From Perkinsus chesapeaki ATCC PRA-425 (taxonomy: Eukaryota; Protista; Perkinsozoa): a stretch of 32,923 nt of DNA. The DNA lies in contig JAAPAO010000399.1 in the NCBI GenBank assembly GCA_013115145.1, positions 1 through 32,923 of the forward strand, written 5' to 3'. Within the stretch, counting starts at the first letter, position 1, and every line of letters begins with the position of its first letter. Shown here piece after piece: positions 10,178 to 20,138 of the stretch. The notes under the pieces were generated by a model. That model saw nothing but the letters and a program-made list of their open reading frames with translations. It made no database searches and had not been told where the DNA came from. The position numbers were made by a program, and so were the translations under genes.

Positions 10178-11835
10178 CTTCAAAGATGAGTGCTAAATGA
10201 GGAGCAATGAACGCCTTACCCGGTATTGTCTCTCGTGTCACAGCTTGTGAGGCGTCACCTGCGCGACAAAGGGCCCGAAAGCCTTCTCTGTAGAGTACTA
10301 AATGTCTTGGCTTTCTCAATTGTGTTCAACCGAAGAGAATAGTCTGGGTCCCACGTGTAGTGGAAGAGTCCCGGAATGATATATTGCGTACAACAAGAAC
10401 TTGAGGAATAGTGAAAATCGAAGTGGACTAAAGGAACCAAATCGCAGACCTACGGTCACGATGGACATCACTCGAGACTCTGCAAGTGTGGTTGAGGACC
10501 TTTGGGGAGCCACGCGGCAACGGTTGAGTCCGACTCGTCGACTCGCCAATGAAGCTATGCCAACCCTAAGGGTAGGGATTTCAATCACTCCCCAACAAGG
10601 CCAGAAAGAACCTAGATCGAGAACGTTAGTGAAGTTGATAACTGATCTTGCCCTACTATAATAGTCTTACTATTCGCAACTGGTTCATAATAAGGTCCTT
10701 GAAAACCAGCCATGGCTTGGTCCAACAGTGTCCGAACTATACACATTGTCCGGTGTAGAAACTCGCTGGTAGCCCAGCCTCCGGCGCAGCCGACCTAGGT
10801 AAGAATCTCTATCTGATACGCGACTTGCGCTTATCCATCGCGATCCCTTGGAACACATGTCTCTCGCATCAATCAGGTTGATACTTCGAACTGGAGCGAC
10901 TAGAACGCGCTGTGCAGCTGGAGGTTCTTGGCGCCATTGACCGACGTCCGAAAAGACTAAACTTCGGACTAATGGGGCACCGCGCTGATCGCGCAGAAGA
11001 ATCCCCTATACTGATAGGCTACACTGATCTATATAGGCAGCCGTCATTATTGCGAGAGTATTAGGAGTAACTTCAAATGTAAGGTGACCTTACTAAGGTC
11101 ATACCCGCGATATAACTCGTACAGCATAAATACGAAAGTAGCATAACCCGCTGCAATTTGCTTTATGACTAGCATAAGCTTCCTAAGAATGTCACATATA
11201 TGTTGTCCGAAATTTTCCCCGATCGCATACTCGTTTGTCGAGCACCTTGGATGAGTATACCGATCGACGCGGGAGACGCGGGAAAGCAGTGCACTCGACA
11301 GCAGGTGTTACATTCCAGCAGCAGCCTGTACCAGGAGCAACTACAGTAGTAGTCCTCCGACTACAAGGACCGACAAGTAGAGTGACGGTGCCAGAAGTTT
11401 TTGGAACAGTTTAGGCCTGAATACTCGAGATTTGAAATCGAGGATGCGAAATTCGCTGTTGCGTGTGCGTTCTAGCTGGAAGGCAAAATCATTGACCCTC
11501 AGGGCTTCTTATGAATCACCCGCGGGTTATCCGGGACTGAAATTTCAGACGAAAGCCTTCTTATACCACAGCTATCGCTGCGTGGAGTACGGAGGGAAAA
11601 TGTGGGCTATTCTCAAACAGTTCACAGCTCATCCTTTCTGCGGTCGATGACTTCCTGCACGCGCGCTGTGGGCACGCTCCCGAGGGAGCACGCCCCTCCC
11701 ACTCAGCGGTGCGGGCCTAACAGAAAGGAACTTCTGAGGAGCACGTCATTCGGGGCTCCTCTGCGCCGTCATTACCTTGAAGCGATTCTATAGTTAATTA
11801 CTATCTAAGGTTTATTCCTGTATACTCTAGTTACC

Positions 11836-12360
11836 ATGGACTACCAGCAATGGTCGGCTCTTCTTATCTCTCTGATGTGCGCTATTATATTCTCTGGGCA
11901 AGGTTGCGGGAAGACCCCACCGCCACCGCCACCTTCGCATATTTTCGGGAACTATCGAGCGTTGTTAAATGGTAAGAATTCCGACGCTGTTGGTTATGTC
12001 GAACTAATGTTTCCTGCTCTGGACAATATATGGCTCAATGTCACCTACTATGTTTCCCCTGACACAACGTCGGGAATTTATAGGTATATGGGTGAGCTTT
12101 CCTATACGCCAATGTCAGCATCGTACCCATACGAGCTTTTTAACCTTACTGGAGGCAGCTGGGAGAGGTTTCGTGACTCGATTGTTCAGAGCGGTGTGAG
12201 CAAGCTTCTCCCGGAACCTATTCATAATCGTCCCTATGCCCTGGTGCGCTACAGGACTGAACTCGCTGGAACACCACAAATGTTATATGTTCATTTGACC
12301 AATACCTTACCTCTGATTCTCAGAAGGTATGAGGTCAATTCTTCGAGGAGATCATTCTAA
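11836..12360 (+). CDS. Hypothetical secreted or surface protein, 174 aa
   Basis: Hydrophobic signal-like N-terminus ending SGQGC, then a PPPPPP linker and a beta-rich-looking domain. A possible donor AG|GTATGA near the 3' end may alter the C-terminus. Confidence 0.65.
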   Translation: MDYQQWSALLISLMCAIIFSGQGCGKTPPPPPPSHIFGNYRALLNGKNSDAVGYVELMFPALDNIWLNVTYYVSPDTTSGIYRYMGELSYTPMSASYPYELFNLTGGSWERFRDSIVQSGVSKLLPEPIHNRPYALVRYRTELAGTPQMLYVHLTNTLPLILRRYEVNSSRRSF

Positions 12361-13221
12361 AACCGATACTATCTTAGAGAGCTATGTCTTGAAGTTCAGG
12401 GTTATGTCTTATCAGTCTTGTGTATACCATGTCCGCTCTGAGATCGGTAGCGAGACGTTCGCTAGAGGCGATAGGAAAGTAGTCCCTTAGGATGATAAGA
12501 AGGTGGTTTGGAATTGTATTTCAAGTTGTCAACATTTCTCTTACCTGGCTCAATCCCGTTTTCTGTTGTGTTTGTCAGTGACTGAACGTCTCAGGGGACT
12601 CCTCTGCTGTTATGCACTGTCCGTTCATTTACCTTTCCTAGTCATGGGAAACGTTTCAATCGGTAAACTGCGGGAGTGTTATACCATGGTGTTCGCACGG
12701 ACTTCGGGCCGAAGTCTTCGGCTGCGCAACGGACATCCGTACCCTCCTCACATAGTGTCAAAGTACGGGAAAGAATACAACGCGTCGCTAGGACACAACT
12801 GGCATGGCAGCGGTGTAGATGGAAACCGGATTGATCTGAAGTGATGAACTAAACGTTATTATCATCCTCATCTCCTAGTGAGTAACTCCAATCCTCATGA
12901 GGTTGCCTCTTGCGTGACGTATAAAAGTTGTGACGCTGTTTTGCCATAACATATCAGATGGAGGATGCACGCGATTGCTCACGTCACCCGAGGCGCTAAA
13001 TCCCGGAAACCCACTACAATTGCGAACTCGATGCCACATCTAATCTGTCACGGATTACATGCAGCTATGCATCTAAGCCTATGCCTGCGCCGTCACTATC
13101 TGGGTCAGATAATCTGACTTTTAGTGATCTCACTAGCTAGTCCAAGTACTGATACGGTATATTGTAGTCTATTGCTGATACATTACCGTATTCAGTTGTT
13201 ATCCTCTTCATTGACCGGATA

Positions 13222-14260
13222 ATGCTGTTCTTCCGTATTGCTATCCAGCTTATGGCTGTGCATAACCTGGCTGCTCAGGTGAGTCTTTCGTTTCCACCCG
13301 CATCTAGCATCCCAGCGTTTGGTCAGGATAACTGCAGCGCTGTCTGCGATGTTGCTCCTGGTTGTTCTCATCACCCTAGGGGTGATGTTCCGGGGCCTTT
13401 CTGTGACCGGCTCTCGCGTTTTGGTTATCCCGTCTGCTATGGAACGTAAGACAGTCAGGCTTCGTATTATTGATCAACTGGCTTGTGGATGGTAGATTTG
13501 CATCTGGTGCCTCCTCAGGTTCTATACCGACAGCACAAAGACGAGGGTATGTTATGAACCAATATTTTCTATCTGCCCGACAGAATTCCCATTCGCTTGC
13601 GATGACCCGCTTCCTATGCCAAGAACTACAACCACACCTACAACCACACCCACAACCACAACCACAACCACAACCACAACCACAACTACAACTACAACTA
13701 CAACTACAAATACAACTACAACCACAACCACAACTACAACTACAACTACAAATACAACCACAACCACAACTACAACTACAACTACAACTACAACTACAAC
13801 TACAACTACAACTACAACTACAAATACAACTACAACTACAACCACAACCACCGAGCCGCCTGTTGTCACAGTATGCCGGAAGTCGGTCACTGCTCCCTCA
13901 CCCATGCTTTCAGGATTACTGTAAAATCGCATGCGACACTCTCGAGGCTTGTAGACATGCCGAAAAACCTCCAACCTGTGCCCGAGATGCCTGTCATCCT
14001 TATGGGGTGTGTGAGCGAATGTAAGCCTCGAAAGCGATTTCAGCAAATTGGAAATCAAATACGGTGAACTACAAACTCTACTACGGCTTGACAAGGCTTC
14101 ATAATGTGAACGAAGAAGTTTATTGGTTTTCGGTACTGTTTATGTTAGATACTATACCGATTGCACAAAGAGCAAGCTCTGCTACGATACTGAGCTCAGT
14201 CCTTGTGATAAGAGCTATCCGTTCGGCTGCTGTGATCCTGTACCTTGCCGTTCTGAATAA
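13222..14260 (+). CDS. Secreted mucin-like protein, ~248 aa: signal peptide, Cys domain A, Thr linker, Cys domain B; exons 13222-13278, 13327-13445, 13519-13870, 13914-14020, 14149-14260
   Basis: Four GT-AG introns (48, 73, 43, 128 nt) give one frame. Domain A: DNCSAVC..PGC..FC..VCYGTFYTDSTKTRVCYEP..CP..PFAC. Domain B: DYCKIAC..EAC..TC..VCERIYYTDCTKSKLCYDT..C..PFGC. Intron positions and phases match between the two domains. Confidence 0.85.
13625..13852 (+). repeat. (ACAACY)n hexamer array encoding ~76 codons of poly-Thr with 2 Pro and 3 Asn interruptions
   Basis: Directly visible ACAACC/ACAACT units with ACAAAT interruptions. Confidence 0.97.
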
Positions 14261-14634
14261 CTTTATCGAATCACCTCTTCTTTCCTTGCTGGACTGTTTT
14301 TGAACTACTCCGTTGCCGGGAAGAGATGCTCTCAGTTTCTAGTGTAGACCTATTGATAAGGTAGACCAATCTTATTATTTGCCTCTTTCCGCTCTGAGTC
14401 CGTGCTACTGGCGTCCATTATGGGAGATATCTCACGAATATGTGCCTCGAAATTTCGTTGGATGGATGGAGTTTCGCTCAGCAATCTTCAGAGGTATTTT
14501 ACGACCTCGGTTTTCCACCTTTCCCGGTTGCGTGATAGTGTAAATCGTTGCTCAGTTGAGCAGTTGCCAAACAGCAAGTCGCCATGGGTGACGCATGATG
14601 GGTCTAGCATTGCGTTGTGTCGGCGAGGATCTAC

Positions 14635-14704
14635 AGCAATGAGGATATCCTCATTGCTATCTCATAGAGCAATATATCTCATAGAGATCCTCATTGAGGA
14701 TATC
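14635..14704. repeat. Nested palindrome and direct-repeat cluster
   Basis: Perfect 24-bp palindrome AGCAATGAGGAT|ATCCTCATTGCT (14635-14658), ATCTCATAGAG twice (14659, 14676), ATCCTCA-T-TGAGGAT (14687-14701). Confidence 0.9.
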
Positions 14705-15143
14705 TATCATAGGTACCGCACATGTCCTCTATAAGACACAGCTCGTTTGTCTGACATCAAATCATTGATGTAATTCGTAGAAATAGAAATTGATGAATTC
14801 AGGAGAGTCTGTTGCTATGTTCTGTATGCTTGAGAAGACTTGCCATCGAAACCATGATTGGCCAGTTCACTAAACTGAGCTCAGGCACTAGTCGGAACTA
14901 CCGGATGTGACTGTCACAATCCAGCTAGTGTACACTGTACACTGTACAGTTCACTGTGTACTAACCAGACTATCTGTCATACTTGAATCTCCGCCGCAAT
15001 ACACATTACAGGATGGTATCAAGAAGCCCACTCCTGGAATTCCCGTGTTAAGACTCCCGGCCAATAAAGGCATCTCTCGAAAGCTCTTGCTGTTCTCTAG
15101 TCCCGTGTCAATCTTTTCTCTATTCGGCTATATACTTACTGAC

Positions 15144-15192
15144 CTTGCGAACCTTTGTATGTATGAACTTCATACATACAAAGGTTCGCAAG
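15144..15192. repeat. Perfect 49-bp palindrome (24-bp arms, 1-nt centre)
   Basis: CTTGCGAACCTTTGTATGTATGAA-C-TTCATACATACAAAGGTTCGCAAG. Confidence 0.97.
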
Positions 15193-15436
15193 CCTTAGGC
15201 TACGCAGATGAACTTGCTAGCAGGTTCGAACTTCCGTTGTTAAATTGGCCACCTGGACTGCTGTATGTAACATTATTCCTGCATCCATCTACGCAATAAC
15301 AGACTGAGCGGCGGTTTCCTTCGCTTTCTGACTCGGTCTCGTTTGTGCGTCATTTCTGCGCCTTTTAGCCTCTGTTGGGGGACAGCTGTCACACAAAGCG
15401 TAGCGAGAGGGATTTGTAGCACGCTGTGCGCTGTGT

Positions 15437-15459
15437 ACCCTAGGCTTTTTATACTCAAG
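15437..15459 (+). other. Second, more degenerate spliced-leader relic
   Basis: ACCcTAGgCtTTTTataCTCAAG aligns to ACCGTAGCCATTTTGGCTCAAG at 17/22 positions with a 1-nt insertion; ends 34 nt upstream of the end of the strong relic. Confidence 0.45.
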
Positions 15460-15474
15460 AATAGTTGTACTTTT

Positions 15475-15493
15475 GTAGCGATCTTGGCTCAAG
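15475..15493 (+). other. Spliced-leader relic (Perkinsus/dinoflagellate-type SL)
   Basis: GTAGCGATCTTGGCTCAAG = 18/19 identical to the 3' 19 nt of ACCGTAGCCATCTTGGCTCAAG; followed by CTTTTCCT-ATG, not GT, so it is not an SL RNA gene. Confidence 0.85.
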
Positions 15494-15501
15494 CTTTTCC
15501 T

Positions 15502-15597
15502 ATGTCTGAAAAGGGTTTAAACGTTGTCACAGGATCTGGGGAAGAAGTACCCACCAACACTCTAACCGGTGGGTTTTATAGTGTACCGTTTAATTGA
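15502..15597 (+). CDS. Short ORF directly behind the SL relic (MSEKGLNVVTGSGEEVPTNTLTGGFYSVPFN*); retro-fragment, first exon or micropeptide
   Basis: ATG 8 nt after the relic's CAAG. Candidate donors at 15569 and 15573 would need atypically short (28-34 nt) introns. Confidence 0.3.
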   Translation: MSEKGLNVVTGSGEEVPTNTLTGGFYSVPFN

Positions 15598-15799
15598 AAG
15601 GGGCCACACACGGGGTTTCGGTGGAGCTATCCTGCAGGATACTATCGCTGAAACGCAACAGTACTTGTTGATAATAACAGCTCAAGATTAACAGCGAGGC
15701 AATGAGCCCGATGCAGCTAAAGTGCATATGAATAAAACGTGCACCACGAATAGGTCTGAATATCTTAACTGAATAACAACGATTAACCTGAAACTGCAG

Positions 15800-18165
15800 T
15801 GTCGGCGTATTCAAGAGGATAGCTCACTTTTAAGGATCTGATTATGGCCCAGACCGGGCGGCGGCAAGAGCAAGCGGAACCGAGTGGCACGCTTGCCGTT
15901 CCGCTTACATAACTCACCACGAGAACTGAAAGGCGCTACCATTGTTTGCATCATCAAAGCACCAACGATAACTTACCGAGATACAGTCGATGCCTTCTTG
16001 AACGCTTTCTCACGTGAATCACCGGCAGCTGCGCTACTTAGTGTGGACTTGTGGGCCTCATTGCTATCTACGCAAAAGACAACAATCGCACTATCACGAC
16101 GAGAGCTCCTCACTTCGATGTAACGCTGATGCACGGTCGGTATTTTTGTGTCGATCTTCCGCTACTGGAGAGCGACTGTGGTAATGGTGGTGATGGCTGG
16201 GCGCATGATGATAATTAGCCAACCTGCCAAGGGTCGACGACGCAGCCCGCTCGAGTGAGTCATCCGAACTTACTCGAGCAAGCGAAAGTGAGACTCCAAA
16301 TGTGAGGGATGATGACGAATGTAAGAGATGACGCACGGTGGCACAGGGAGCTCACGACTGAAGGCCATGCCACCAACAATCTTAGTGGCTCCTCTGAGGA
16401 TTCTCTGCCTGTCACTTCGAGGCGTAATGTCAGTGTGAAAGCGCGTGGTCGAGGTCGCTAGCCCCATGTCCAAGACCGACATAAACCCGCCGATGTCTTG
16501 CGGCGGTGGCACTACGCGTCCCGCGCTGGCCTGCAGCTCTTCGGCTCGCTTGAGCTCCAGCAAACGGTCTATCTCATCATCAATTAAGGCCTCTACGGTC
16601 AAGTTTCGGTGATCGTCGTAGTGCCAGTCGTCGCGATTTCCCTCGCCGACAGCCTCCCAATAAGTGATGTCGCTATTCTCTTCATCGGAAACTGATGCTT
16701 CTTCTTCGGCTGGGACCGGGCGACTGGTCTCTGGATCGCTAAGATCAGCGAAATCGTCCTCGATCCCCTCGTCTATCACAAAGGAGTCTCTCGGCTCTTG
16801 TTTGACGAGTCGATTAGCGGCAGCAGCCGGCGGTTCTATCCGAACAGGAGACTTGTGCACAGGCCGCGAGCGCGGTCGATTCTTAGGGGTGGAGTCCCGA
16901 GCAGCCTTAGTAGAGGCCAGTGGCGCTTCCACAACGGGACGCAACTGTATGGCTTGCGACGCAGCTATGGCTGATTGAATCTGGTAAAACCGAGATACCC
17001 TTCCAGGCTCGCGCTCGAGCCCTACTGTTATTTTCCGGGCCGGTGGAGGCTCGTCAGAAATGCCAACTAAAACTGGTCGCTTCACTTTAATCCTCGCAGC
17101 TCGACCAATCCGCTCCCTCGGCGGTCTCTGCTGACTTGGACTCCTGTCAGCATTTCCAAGATCCTGCCTGCCTAACAAGAGCGAATTCACAATTCGATGG
17201 CCGTCGAAATTAGCAATACCCTGTCGGGCGGCGGCGGCGGCGGTGTTACAGGCTTTTGGGCTACTGGCCGGCTTGGGGCGCTCTGCCTCCGGCTCGTCCT
17301 CATTAACCGGGCGAGCGTGCTCAACAGGGCGGATTCTCGAGGAGGGAGGCCTAGAAATAGGTCAAGGTCATTTGCGGCGACCGACGCTGTCGTACGCTAA
17401 CTGTATCTTTCTCATAACTGCAACCTTCACAGACTTGGGCATTTTACCGTTCTGACTCCGCCGGCGATAGCGCAGCACTAACGCTCCCAGGGCAGTCTGA
17501 GAATAGTAATAATGCAGGGTGGAAGGATCGAACCTGGGTCGTCTTACGGCCAGAGTGATGACACCCATACCAACCAGCTCCACTGCAGACTCTCTTCGAA
17601 CTCCAGGTGGCGTCATCGGTTCATACGCGTAATCCCAGAATGATTCTGCCGCCTGTCTCGCTAAGGTCCTTACGTATTCGGGGTGCCGGTTGGAATCCTG
17701 GTCGGCCTAAACGATGTCGCTGCCAGGGATCGAACCTCCATCTGGGTCTACCGATCGGAGTAACCGTTCGAGCTGCTCGACAATCGCCAGAGTCGCATCA
17801 TCGTAATTCGCTTGTTCCTATTAGGGGAACTCTGTCATTCGCGACACGTTCAGAGTTTTACCGAGTTGCCCACTGAATCAACGACACTCTGCAGGATGTA
17901 CTGAATAATATCGTGTTCGCTCGCGGCACCAATTTGGGTAAAGTCGTCTGAGACGGAGTGGGCGGGCGGATTTGTGAAATGCCTTACGCTCTTTCTTCCG
18001 AAATAGGTCGTCAACAGCTACGCTAGTACAAGTGGATTCACCAAGCCTGATGCCGTGGCTGCTCCTGGCCCCACCGTAGCTCTGAGGAAGAAACTGATAG
18101 AAAAACCGGAAAATGTATAAAAATAACCGGACCAGGGGTTGTGGGGGGCTTAGGCCGGTATACAT
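15800..18165 (-). CDS. Multi-exon hypothetical low-complexity protein; exons 18165-18133, 18081-17988, 17947-17862, 17817-17752, 17706-17571, 17496-17448, 17350-17220, 17171-~16274, then uncertain 3' exons to ~15800
   Basis: Seven GT-AG introns (51, 40, 44, 45, 74, 97, 48 nt) keep one frame: MYTGLSPPQPL|SYGG..FRKKE|HDFTQ..VGNS|EQANYDD..LLRS|ADQDS..ELV|DCPG..SER|PPSS..ARQ|GRQDLG, joining the 306-aa ORF. Further GTAAGT donors at 16273 and near 15970. Confidence 0.7.
17497..17570 (-). other. tRNA-derived 74-nt spliceosomal intron
   Basis: TGGAGCTGGTTG|GTATGG (A-box/D-loop provides GT) ...ACGACCCAGGTTCGATCCTT (B-box) ...ATTATTACTATTCTCAG. Removal is required to keep the frame. Confidence 0.65.
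17707..17751 (-). other. tRNA-derived 45-nt spliceosomal intron
   Basis: CTCCGATCG|GTAGAC (D-loop-like) ...GGAGGTTCGATCCCTGGC (B-box)...GTTTAG. The retained intron ends in an in-frame TAG. Confidence 0.6.
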
Positions 18166-19163
18166 GTAACCTCCTCTCTCGTCAACATCAGGAATAGTAA
18201 TTGTCCAGATATTTCCTTCGTCGTCTGAAAGACACGTGTTGTGTCGAAACGGCGATGAGCCACTGCGAATCGATCAACCGTTTCAGATTCTTTCCGGGGT
18301 TGATTTCTCACACCTTCTGGGCTAAGTAAGCCTACCCTGCTAGAATTTGGTTCGAAATGGTATTTCCGCTTCAGCATATCCGAAAAATTCACAAGCGATT
18401 TTCGAATGAATCCCATTCCGAACTCAGACGCTTAGAAGGGGCCTCTTATAGGGGCGAGTCAATGGCGAGATAACAGTGACACTGTTACAGTGTTACGCGA
18501 TGGGGACAGTAGATTGTGCAATTGCAACACAATTACTGTCCCCATCGATGCGATATAATCCTTACCAGTAAAGGAAGCCGCTGAAGACATAACAACAATA
18601 CATACAAACAATACATACAACATTATAATACCATGAGATGACGAAGCGGCGCCGGGTGCCGTTGAAGACATTGCTAGAATAACTGAACGAAATGAGTAGC
18701 TCGCATTACACTGCTAAAATACACTAATGCGAGCCTTATGTGGTGGACCGATGAGGAGTCGTATTTAAGTAGTGTGAATGGATTGTTGAGCTCCAAGTTA
18801 ATGAGTGCTAAGGACGCAATTTCCTTCGTTCGCACAAGAGACGGAAGAAAATAAAGTTTGCGTTGAGGAAACTCAAGATTGCAAGATTGAATCTTGCTCC
18901 CGGTTTCCGCTCTTTGTAACCACGTCTACTCGATCGTGTGTATTGAATTAGAGACATTTGAATAAGATATTTTAAGGTTGATGCGTGCATTTTGTAGCAG
19001 ATTACTCTGTTATTGAATGGCCGGCCTTCGAAATTATGATTTCCACTTATCCCCACCGAGAGATTACTTTTTGCCGAGTAAGCCTGTGATAAGACCAGGA
19101 GACATTACCAGGAAAAGTAATATAAGCATTATACGCTTAATATACGTAGAGAACATGGTTAAT

Positions 19164-19306
19164 TTATATAGGTACTTTATATAGGTATCTTATATAGGTA
19201 TTTTATATAGGTATTTTAGATAGGTATCTTATATAGGTATTTTATATAGGTATTTTATATAGGTATTTTATATAGGTATTTTATATAGGTATTTTATATA
19301 GGTATT
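19164..19306 (+). repeat. 13-bp minisatellite, 11 copies
   Basis: Unit TTATATAGGTATT; variants in copies 1, 2 and 5; copies 6-11 identical. Confidence 0.97.
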
Positions 19307-20138
19307 TTGAGAGGAGTATTCTTGTTTGTTTCTTTTTATGTTGATTACAAGCCTTTAGAGGATAATTTCATACTTGGCTCTGAGCCGAACCGGCAGAGGT
19401 CTCCGACTACAGCCTCGTTAATTTTTATATGTCGTAACTGCTCTCTCAGGTGTCTCCCTTGGTGAGGTTGTGAGAATGAAAGAAGGTCATTTAGCTTCGG
19501 AAAAGAGGAGTCCGATGAAATGCTCAATAGGGTGCTGATTATCGTTCAGGTCATGAGCTTATGTCACAGCAAGACGCACTGTCGAGAGCCAGAAGCGAGC
19601 GGGCCGCGGCTTATCTGAAGGAGACTAATACTCAGTAGTGCAGCCGGGAAGGGGTCTATGGGAGGAGGGGGGAGGGGATGTAGAGTTCCGCACGGCGTAG
19701 ATCTCGCATTATTAAAGTAGAAGAGAATTTGCATAATGGAAAATTTAAAGATTGAGAAAGTATCCGTTCATATCACCTTGTGCGATGCATATAACCAGCA
19801 TAACTTGACTCTCTCGGCGGCCAACCTGAGAGCGGTCGTCCTTCGACAGTATGTGATCGTCCAGTGAATGTGATGGTAATCATTATAGTATCGACTGGTG
19901 GAAATAAAGTGTATTATTGCGAATATGCATTGGCCAAACGACAACCGCAACTCTTTGAGAGGTTTCCTGATTGAGGGGAGTCGGCTTTTCATCGGAGTAG
20001 TACGCCGGCCGAAATTGGCTTTCTTTAATGTCGCTCCGCAAATTTGTTGGAACTCTAGCATTGCTATCTGGCATTAATCTGCATTCTAGGGTGAGCGATA
20101 AGGGCCTCTGGTTGGTTCGTATTCATTGTTGTTCTCAG

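Noticed and set aside
10860-11070. 60-codon Met-less frame YFELERLERAVQLEV...
   Set aside because: It could not be linked to a start or to other exons in phase.
12670-12720. VLYHGVRTD resembling an ADP-ribosyltransferase first motif
   Set aside because: Too short; no downstream catalytic motifs or coherent ORF.
13470-14094. Poly-(QL/QP) ORF (+, 13470-14024) and poly-Val ORF (-, 13552-14094)
   Set aside because: Alternative-frame and antisense readings of the ACAACY array; only the Thr frame joins the signal peptide and Cys domains.
15156-15180. loxP-like look of the palindrome centre (AACTTCATACAT)
   Set aside because: There is no 6-8 bp asymmetric spacer and no recombinase nearby; the similarity is short.
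15437-15520. SL RNA gene
   Set aside because: Neither SL-like copy is followed by the GT donor of an SL RNA intron, and the 5' ACC is missing from the strong copy.
16300-16400. LPVPPCVISYIR resembling the P-x-C-V-x-x-x-I-R end of P2X7 ballast-like domains
   Set aside because: The upstream Cys cluster of that domain is absent, and the segment may be a 43-nt intron.
18073-18080. ACCGTAGC match to the SL 5' end (also ACCGTAGCC on the minus strand near 26746-26754)
   Set aside because: 8-9 nt matches are expected by chance in 66 kb, and both lie antisense to predicted exons.
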